NCBI GenBank assembly: GCA_051117555.1
Contig: JBNPEG010000001.1
Span: 45,334-104,025, forward strand
Source: Elainellaceae cyanobacterium
GTDB lineage: Bacteria; Cyanobacteriota; Cyanobacteriia; CAZCXK01
Direction of reading: 5' to 3'
DNA length: 58,692 nucleotides
A program made the position numbers and the translations under genes. The notes below the pieces were generated by a model. It ran no database searches. It was not told the DNA's origin and saw only the letters and a program-made list of their open reading frames with translations. Positions 51,692 to 58,692 of the stretch are shown piece by piece; position 1 is the stretch's first letter; each line of letters opens with the position of its first letter.

Positions 51692-52597
51692 TTATGTCAA
51701 GAACAGGAGCCAAACTCCGCATAACGCAACAAATACACCTAGAAAGGCACGCGGGCTGATTTTTTCGCCTAGACATAGGGCGACTGGCAGAACAAACAAA
51801 GGGCTGGTGGCTGTCAATGACTGGGCGATGCCGGTTTCGGTGTATTTTAGGGCGGTCTGCTGGAGCCAAATGGCTAAAAATGTGCTGGCAAATGCGGTTA
51901 TCGCGACAACCATAAACAGTCGTGGCGATCGCATTGGTTTGAGTGCCTGCGTTCCTTCTTGATGCACCCCAACCCAAATCAGCAATATCATCGTTCCGGC
52001 AATAATTCGAATGAGAGTGCTCCATAGCGGGCTGATCGACGTTTCTGCGAGTGCGGCTCTCGACATCACCGCTCCGCTGGCTTGCCCGAATGCGGCTAGA
52101 ATGCCGAAGCTAATTCCGCGTCCGAGACGGATTTCGCCTCGGATGGCATTGGGCACTCTTTCTGCAACGACCCAGGCAACGCCTGAAATCGTTAAAACGA
52201 TTCCTACATAATCTCTCTTGCTCAGCTGCTCACCCAAAAAGACTAGCGCCAGCAGGGCAGATAGAGGTGGAGCTAGCGACTCCATAAGCAAGGCTCGTCG
52301 AGCCCCTAGACAATTAATCGAGGTGAAAAACGCAGTATCGCCAAACCCGATGCCTACGATGCCGCTGATCACCAGTAGTCCGATGGTGATATGGCTTACA
52401 TCCGGTCGATGCGCGTCTGTGAGCACCAGCGTCATGAGAATCATGGCGATCGCCATCACTCCCTTGGTGAAATTAAGTGCCAATGGAGAAAGCTGACGCC
52501 CAACGCTAGCGTAAATGATTGAGGCGATCGCCCAGATGAATGCAGCGCTTAGGGCAGCAATTTCACCTCTAAATTCGAGAAGCACGGCGTGGGTCAC
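51692..52597 (-). CDS. DMT/EamA family transporter
   Basis: About 10 TMs in two EamA-like repeats (FLGEQL, CLGEKI). Confidence 0.88.
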   Translation of the reverse strand: MTHAVLLEFRGEIAALSAAFIWAIASIIYASVGRQLSPLALNFTKGVMAIAMILMTLVLTDAHRPDVSHITIGLLVISGIVGIGFGDTAFFTSINCLGARRALLMESLAPPLSALLALVFLGEQLSKRDYVGIVLTISGVAWVVAERVPNAIRGEIRLGRGISFGILAAFGQASGAVMSRAALAETSISPLWSTLIRIIAGTMILLIWVGVHQEGTQALKPMRSPRLFMVVAITAFASTFLAIWLQQTALKYTETGIAQSLTATSPLFVLPVALCLGEKISPRAFLGVFVALCGVWLLFLT

Positions 52598-52629
52598 TGA
52601 TGATGAGAGGGTACTAACGGGTTATACCA

Positions 52630-52659
52630 ATTTTGGATTTTGGATTTTGAATTTTGGAG
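52630..52659. repeat. Heptamer tandem repeat (ATTTTGG), STRR-like
   Basis: attttggattttggattttgaattttgga. Confidence 0.7.
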
Positions 52660-52694
52660 AGGTGTGACGTCCCTTTGGGAGTAATTTTCTTGCG

Positions 52695-54218
52695 TTAGAG
52701 GCTTAATTTATCTAATAACTCTCTCACCTTTTGCGGCTCGACTAAGCTATTCGCGCACAGAATGCCGGACGCCGCTACAGCCGGGACGCCAATCCCAGGC
52801 ATAGTGCTATCTCCGACGCGATATAGCCCTTTGATGGGAGTCTGACAGCTCGGAAACATCCCTTCACCAGCGGCGATCGCCGGACCATACGTGCCCTGGT
52901 AGCGGCGCAGAAATCGCGCGTGGGTCAATGGGGTGCCAATGAGTTCTAAGACGACTCTTGCTCGAATATCAGGAATGACTCGCTCTAAGGCACGATACAG
53001 AGGTTCTGCCCGTTCTCGCTTGCGATCGCCATAGTGCTCATCTCGCTGCCATGGCTCATAGGGTTCTAACGTGTAGGCATGAACGGCGTGATGATTGGAC
53101 GGGGCTTGGCTATCGTCCCACACGGTTGGAATTGAGATCATGCAGGTGTTACCCGGAACTGTAATATCGTGGTCAGACTCGTGAACTACCACGTGATGTC
53201 CGGTCAGGGAGTCTAAGCCGTCTGCCCGAATCCCTAAGTGCAGATGCATAAAACTTTCAACTGCGGGGGTTTTGAGGGCATCTTGGCGAACGCTAGACGG
53301 CAAATCCTCCGGTTTGATTAGGCTCGAATAGGTATCCCAAATGGTGGCATTAGAAATGATGACTGGCGCATGAAATATTTCACCATTGCGGAGTTGGATA
53401 CCGACCGCTCTGCCCTCTTTGACCTGAATAGTTTCGACATGAGCATTGAGGTGCAACCGACCGCCCCACTTTTCTAAGCCGCGCACTAATGCTTGCACGA
53501 GCGCACCACTGCCCCCCACCGGATAATCAATGACCGAATGGGTGCGTTCACCAAGCATAAACGCGACTTCGGGTGCGATCGTGCCATTTGCCTTGAGCCC
53601 TGACAACAAAAAGCATTCCACATCCACAAGACGACGCACCCACGGGTCATGAACGGTTTGCTCTACCAACGCCCCGACCGAGCCTTGAATCGTACCGATG
53701 TGGGGCAACAGCTTCAGCAATGCCCACGGATAGCGGCTGAGAAGCAGGGGCAGAGCATTCAAGTCTGCTCGCAGCGCAAGAGTCGGAATCTCACGTAACG
53801 CGTCATAGAGATTGAGGAGTCGCTGTTCTAGCTGCTCGAATTCGCGTGACCCTTGAGGTGTGATCTGGGCGATCGCCTCTCGATACGACTCGGCATCGCC
53901 GTAAATCGGAATCGTATGGTCGGGAAAATGATAGTGCCCCAACGGGTCATACCGAACGGCGTCAATAGGTTCTTCGAGGGCATCAAAGACTTGCCGCAGT
54001 GGATTAAGAGAATTTGCATCGCTCAATCCACAATAAAACGAAGGCCCCGAATCAAACTCAAATCCCCGTCGAGAGAAGCTATGAGCCGCACCCCCTGGAA
54101 TAGCATGGCTTTCACATACCATCACCTGCCAGCCATATCGAGCTAATAGGCTCGCAGCAACTAACCCACCGATTCCACTGCCAATTACGATTGCATCTGC
54201 GTCTTGCATGTGAACCAA
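52695..54218 (-). CDS. FAD-dependent oxidoreductase, phytoene desaturase/carotenoid isomerase-like family
   Basis: IGSGIGGL, FDSGPS, GTPLTHARFL, GDSTMPGIGVPAVAASG. Confidence 0.85.
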   Translation of the reverse strand: MVHMQDADAIVIGSGIGGLVAASLLARYGWQVMVCESHAIPGGAAHSFSRRGFEFDSGPSFYCGLSDANSLNPLRQVFDALEEPIDAVRYDPLGHYHFPDHTIPIYGDAESYREAIAQITPQGSREFEQLEQRLLNLYDALREIPTLALRADLNALPLLLSRYPWALLKLLPHIGTIQGSVGALVEQTVHDPWVRRLVDVECFLLSGLKANGTIAPEVAFMLGERTHSVIDYPVGGSGALVQALVRGLEKWGGRLHLNAHVETIQVKEGRAVGIQLRNGEIFHAPVIISNATIWDTYSSLIKPEDLPSSVRQDALKTPAVESFMHLHLGIRADGLDSLTGHHVVVHESDHDITVPGNTCMISIPTVWDDSQAPSNHHAVHAYTLEPYEPWQRDEHYGDRKRERAEPLYRALERVIPDIRARVVLELIGTPLTHARFLRRYQGTYGPAIAAGEGMFPSCQTPIKGLYRVGDSTMPGIGVPAVAASGILCANSLVEPQKVRELLDKLSL

Positions 54219-54525
54219 TTAACCTAATGCAAATAACTATGTTGAATCACGCTAGCTCGTTGTGATTGTAGCGAGTTTGAGCTGCGCGCACCGGCGAATC
54301 AATGCAGACTCTAAAGATAATCTTGATGTTTGCTGGTCTAGTGACCAAGAGATGCGATAACGGAAGGGCGCGTGGCACTAATGGGCGCGATTTAACCAAA
54401 TCTAAAGGTTTGCAACCACTTTAATTCATTCGATGGATAGAGTATTAGCCTGTCTACAGGATGTTAACAAGGAATGTAGCAGGTCTCCGAAAAAGATTGA
54501 TGCCCACTCAAGAAGGTGATAACTA

Positions 54526-54954
54526 ATGACACAGGCAAAACAAGGCGATACTGTAAAGGTTCACTACACAGGAAAGCTAGAAGACGGCACTGTGTTTGAT
54601 TCTTCACAAGATCGCAATCCCTTAGAATTTTCGATTGGTGAGGGCGGTCTGATTCCAGGGTTCGAAACGGCTGTAATCGGTATGACTCCAGGAGATTCTA
54701 AGACAGCACAAATTCCATCGACTCAGGCGTATGGTCCGCATCATCCGGATATGGTAATCGCGGTCGAAAAGGAAAAGATGCCGGACGATATATCTGTGGA
54801 GCTAGGACAGCAGTTGTTCATTCGCCAAGAAAATGGTCAACCCATTCCTGTCACGGTGACTGAAGTTTCAAACGGATCGGTTACGCTGGATGCCAATCAT
54901 CCGCTCGCCGGAAAGGATTTGACGTTTGATATTCAGCTTCTAGAAATTGTTTAG
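54526..54954 (+). CDS. FKBP-type peptidyl-prolyl cis-trans isomerase (SlyD/FkpB-like, no His tail)
   Basis: VKVHYTGKLEDGTVFDSS, LIPGFE, DANHPLAGKDL. Confidence 0.93.
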   Translation: MTQAKQGDTVKVHYTGKLEDGTVFDSSQDRNPLEFSIGEGGLIPGFETAVIGMTPGDSKTAQIPSTQAYGPHHPDMVIAVEKEKMPDDISVELGQQLFIRQENGQPIPVTVTEVSNGSVTLDANHPLAGKDLTFDIQLLEIV

Positions 54955-55347
54955 CTGAGACGTTGATGCGCACCGATAATGCGCTCAGAGATAGTGCGTC
55001 AGAGATAGTGCGTCACAAGTGACACGATGCAGTTCTGATGTGATTGACAGTTGCATACGGGTATTTTTCTGAGGAAATGCGTGCGATCGCTCTCGTGCTT
55101 AGCGTTTCCTCAGTTTTCTTTGGGCTAAAACTCAGGAACATCCTGCTTAATACTCATAAGTGCGGAAATTAGCACCCTGTAATGACAAAGGCTAGGCATC
55201 GACGAATGTTGTCAATCGACCGCATGTTATCCAGGACACATCCGGAGCTTCTAGACGTATCCGCCCCGGCACTGTTCTCTCGATTGCCTGACCTTTTCCA
55301 TTGAGTGCTATATCCAATCCCGTGAGCTGTTAGGAATATCGCATACT

Positions 55348-56127
55348 ATGAATTCTGACTGTGAGCTTGACTCTGTTCTCGTCGTCATTCCGGCTCGTGA
55401 TGAAGAAGCGACAATTGGCAGAGTGATTCAAGAGCTACAGACCATTGGCTTAACTCAAATTCGGGTGGTCGATAATGGCAGCCGCGATCGCACCGCCGCG
55501 ATCGCGCGCACATCGGGGGCAGAGGTTTGCTGGGAACCGCATCCGGGATATGGTCGAGCCTGCTGGCGCGGATTAGAAAAATGTCCGACCTCGATCGAAT
55601 GGATTTTGTTTTGTGATGGGGATGGCAGTGATGATTTAGCCCAGATTTTTCAGTTTTTGGATGCTCGAGGCGAGTTTGATTTTATTCTTGGAAATCGCTG
55701 TGCAACACAAGCCGGACGCGATGCCATGACCCCTGTCCAGCGATTTGGCAATGCCCTAGCAACTCGATTAATCGATTGGGGATGGGGCTACGCATATCGA
55801 GATTTGGGCCCCTTGCGGCTGATCCGTCAATCTGCGCTAGAGCATATTAATATGCGCGATCGCGGCTTTGGCTGGACAGTGGAGATGCAAGTCAGAGCCA
55901 TTGAGTGTCATCTGCGAATTCTGGAAATTCCAGTGCGATATCGGCGTCGCCAGGGCGGAGACTCGAAAATTTCGGGCACGGTTTCAGGCAGCGTTCGGGC
56001 GGGGACGATTATTCTCAGCACGCTTGGATATCTGTTTGCCCGTCGTCTAATTCAACCCAAGGTCTTAATAGGCAAACCATCTAAGCAGCGATCGTTATCC
56101 AAGAGTTCTAACAAGAGCCTCAAATGA
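55348..56127 (+). CDS. Family 2 glycosyltransferase (DPM/DPG synthase-like)
   Basis: VIPARDEE, VDNGSRD, DGDGSD, DLGPLR, GWTVEMQ, SKISGT. Confidence 0.9.
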   Translation: MNSDCELDSVLVVIPARDEEATIGRVIQELQTIGLTQIRVVDNGSRDRTAAIARTSGAEVCWEPHPGYGRACWRGLEKCPTSIEWILFCDGDGSDDLAQIFQFLDARGEFDFILGNRCATQAGRDAMTPVQRFGNALATRLIDWGWGYAYRDLGPLRLIRQSALEHINMRDRGFGWTVEMQVRAIECHLRILEIPVRYRRRQGGDSKISGTVSGSVRAGTIILSTLGYLFARRLIQPKVLIGKPSKQRSLSKSSNKSLK

Positions 56128-57578
56128 GTGGAAACGAGAGTGAAGTATTTCATCAGCAGCCTTGTCAGACGCGCTTAGTGGCTGCGATCGCATCGATGCT
56201 GATCATTGGCTGTGTGGTGATCTGCCCGCATGGGAATTTTGTGGAGGATGGCGTTGCGCCACAGTTTTGGATGGGCATCGGCATCCTAAGTTTGGGGTTT
56301 GCCCTGACCTGGCAACTTCGCTCAGTCAATGGGCTTTGGTTTTGGGCGATCGCCCTTACAACTCGTCTAATCTTGCTGCCTATGTATCCGGGTGATGACA
56401 TCTGGCGCTATTTATGGGAAGGGTACATTCAAACGCTAGGCTTTAGCCCATTTCATCTACCGCCTCTTGCGCCTGAACTGGTGCCTTACCGGACGGAGTG
56501 GTGGTCTTTGATTAATCATCCAACTGTCTCTGCAATCTATCCTCCCATTACTCAGTTAGGGTTTCGAGGATTAGCGGCGATCGCCCCGTCGGTTTTGATA
56601 TTTAAGTTGGGTTTTGTAGGTGCTGATGTAGGGCTATGCTGGCTGCTGAGTCGTCGATTTGGATATGTGAATGCGCTGGTATATGCCTGGAATCCTCTGA
56701 TTCTCTATTCATTTGCGGGAGGCGGACATTATGATAGCTGGTTTCTGCTGCCGCTAGTGGCTGCTTGGCTCATGGATGATTCATTTCAGAGAAGTGATTC
56801 AGAATTCTCCAACAAATCCTCCAACATCGGTGTTTCATCGCCTCATCTCCAGTCCGCGGTTTCACACCGAAAATCTGAGGCAACAGTAGACGGCCAAGTA
56901 GTCTGGAGTGCCCTGCTAGTGGGCATTAGCGTTGCTGTGAAATGGATTTCACTACCAATTTTAGGATTTTTAGCATGGCGATCGCTCACTCAACGTCGAG
57001 GGGTGCAACTGGGTCTAGTTTTAATAGTAGGAGCGCTGCCCATGAGTATCGGTGTGCTTCAGTTTTGCTCAGCGGATGCTTGCCCCTTGATTCCAACCGG
57101 ATCGGTGTTTGTGTCTCATGGTCGTAGTGCAGATTTGATTCCCTATCTGGTGAGCAACATTTGGGAACCCTCACGCTGGGAAAATTGGCTATTCTTATTT
57201 CCTCTCGGGGGCTTCGGTCTGTGGCTCTTGTGGCGATCGCCGACTTTTCTCGGGTTTACAGAATGGTATTTAGCATTACTGCTAGTTCTATCCCCAATCA
57301 TTCACGGCTGGTATTTTACGTGGCTGGTTCCCTTTGCAGTCGCAAGTCGCAACTGGGGCACTCGGTTGGTTAGCCTTTCCGCGTTTATCTATTTTGTACT
57401 CCCCCATCGGCAATCGTTAGGAGATACAAGCTGGCTATTGGGTGATTGGGAACGACTCCTATTATGGCTCCCATTCTTGTTAGGATGGGCTGCATCTCTG
57501 AGAGGATGTTTGGAAAAGGGTCTGGCGGTTATAGACGCTTGCGGCTTCTCGAAGAGTAAACCGCGCCTACACAAATAA
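56124..57578 (+). CDS. Multi-TM GT-C (GT87-like) glycosyltransferase
   Basis: DDIWRYLWEG, IYPP, AWNPL...GGHYD; ATGA overlap with the GT2 gene. Confidence 0.75.
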   Translation: MSGNESEVFHQQPCQTRLVAAIASMLIIGCVVICPHGNFVEDGVAPQFWMGIGILSLGFALTWQLRSVNGLWFWAIALTTRLILLPMYPGDDIWRYLWEGYIQTLGFSPFHLPPLAPELVPYRTEWWSLINHPTVSAIYPPITQLGFRGLAAIAPSVLIFKLGFVGADVGLCWLLSRRFGYVNALVYAWNPLILYSFAGGGHYDSWFLLPLVAAWLMDDSFQRSDSEFSNKSSNIGVSSPHLQSAVSHRKSEATVDGQVVWSALLVGISVAVKWISLPILGFLAWRSLTQRRGVQLGLVLIVGALPMSIGVLQFCSADACPLIPTGSVFVSHGRSADLIPYLVSNIWEPSRWENWLFLFPLGGFGLWLLWRSPTFLGFTEWYLALLLVLSPIIHGWYFTWLVPFAVASRNWGTRLVSLSAFIYFVLPHRQSLGDTSWLLGDWERLLLWLPFLLGWAASLRGCLEKGLAVIDACGFSKSKPRLHK

Positions 57579-57650
57579 AGTCCGCCTACGCGGACTCTAA
57601 CAAAACCACGAGTTTAGAACCTGCGGAGGCAGGTTTTGTCCGTGTAGCCT
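57578..57650. repeat. Cyanobacterial REP-like double-hairpin repeat
   Basis: agtccgc-ctac-gcggact and aacctgc-ggag-gcaggtt hairpins. Confidence 0.65.
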
Positions 57651-57900
57651 GCGTTTCGCAAGCGACATGTAACGCGTTCGCGTAGCGTTCCGAAGGAAAG
57701 CGTCTCTGTCAAGAGAACTGTAGTCGCCAAGGCAACAAGGGATCAAGAAAGACGTTTAGAAATAGGATGAAGGGCGTTTCGAAAATCGTTTACAAAATTA
57801 AATAATCTATGAGCGAATACTATAATTATTCAGCTAATAAATTTTTTCTAACTATTGCAGATAAACGACAGGATTCGTTACCAACAGAACTAGTGGCGTG

Positions 57901-57953
57901 GCACTATGGGCTCACCACACGTTCAACGTCCTAACGCGAGAGCCTAAGTCTAT
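57901..57953 (+). repeat. Repeat family A, internally deleted copy 6
   Basis: gcactatgggctca joined directly to ccacacgttcaacgtcctaacgcgagagc. Confidence 0.7.
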
Positions 57954-57978
57954 CCAATAGTGGGGCGCAATTTTCTGA

Positions 57979-57996
57979 ATTACATAACGTTACTTT
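57979..57996 (+). promoter_or_regulatory. Putative HLR1 (RpaB) site upstream of psbA
   Basis: ATTACATA-AC-GTTACTTT with 10-bp periodicity. Confidence 0.4.
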
Positions 57997-58163
57997 TCCT
58001 GTTGCATAACTTTGTCAAAGCTGCGGTTTTTATTTAGAAATATTGCTCATATCCCCAATAAAACTCGAATTCAAAATAATATAAATTACAGTTCGGTTTC
58101 TAACTTTCAGAAACTCGTTTTTCATCATCCATTCATTTTTGTTCATTAAACGTACTCATTGCT

Positions 58164-58692
58164 ATGACTACTACCCTAAGACAGCGTGAAAGTTCCACAC
58201 TGTGGGAGCGGTTTTGTGACTGGGTAACAAGCACCGAGAATCGCCTGTACGTAGGCTGGTTTGGAGTGTTGATGATTCCTTGCTTGCTAACCGCAACTAT
58301 CTGTTTCATCATCGCATTCGTCGCGGCTCCTCCCGTTGACATCGACGGTATCCGCGAGCCCGTTGCCGGTAGCCTCATCTACGGCAACAACATCATCTCC
58401 GGCGCAGTTGTGCCATCGTCCAACGCAATTGGACTGCACTTATACCCCATCTGGGAAGCCGCATCCTTAGATGAGTGGCTCTACAACGGTGGTCCTTACC
58501 AGCTTGTTGTGTTCCACTTCTTGATTGGAGTCTTTGCTTACATGGGACGTGAGTGGGAACTCTCCTACCGTCTCGGCATGCGCCCTTGGATCTGTGTTGC
58601 CTACTCTGCACCTGTTGCAGCAGCCAGCGCAGTCTTCCTAATCTACCCGATTGGACAAGGCAGCTTCTCCGACGGCATGCCCCTGGGCATCT
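58164..58692 (+). CDS. psbA: Photosystem II D1 protein (partial; runs off the window, so absent from the ORF track)
   Basis: Manual translation: [39 protein letters not shown]...[15 protein letters not shown]...[18 protein letters not shown]...[13 protein letters not shown]. Confidence 0.98.
   Translation, partial: MTTTLRQRESSTLWERFCDWVTSTENRLYVGWFGVLMIPCLLTATICFIIAFVAAPPVDIDGIREPVAGSLIYGNNIISGAVVPSSNAIGLHLYPIWEAASLDEWLYNGGPYQLVVFHFLIGVFAYMGREWELSYRLGMRPWICVAYSAPVAAASAVFLIYPIGQGSFSDGMPLGI

Noticed and set aside
55241..55246. TCCGGA upstream of the GT2 gene as a DIF1 promoter
   Set aside because: No GTA-type -10 at the expected spacing; likely chance.
58133..58611. Minus-strand ORFs 58133-58378 and 58393-58611
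   Set aside because: Antisense shadows of psbA.

Overview
Chromosomal window from a cyanobacterium (dense HIP1 GCGATCGC octamers; hetR, hik33/nblS, psbA, acsF). hetR and hpsE-like glycosyltransferases suggest a filamentous strain; whether it forms heterocysts cannot be decided from this window. Most of it is core genes (pyrC, purD, sucCD, accD, pilD, leuB, ispE, rsmA, rph, sigC, acsF, rsgA, a 3'-truncated psbA). The most unusual part is a guanidine-utilisation cluster (gdmH, HypA/HypB-type Ni chaperones, ABC importer). It is split by a divergent Lrp/AsnC regulator plus membrane di-iron desaturase-like pair, shows no recognisable guanidine riboswitch, and its importer has its own NtcA-type promoter. 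Other points: a candidate leader-peptide attenuator before rsgA, a DIF1-type promoter before hetR, a membrane-anchored C39 peptidase with a peptidoglycan-binding domain next to hetR, tandem hpsE-like genes with a sulfotransferase, and several families of TATAGC-bounded miniature inverted-repeat elements, some nested with a visible target-site duplication. No tRNA, rRNA, CRISPR array or transposase was seen. All calls come from motif recognition by eye; no searches were run.
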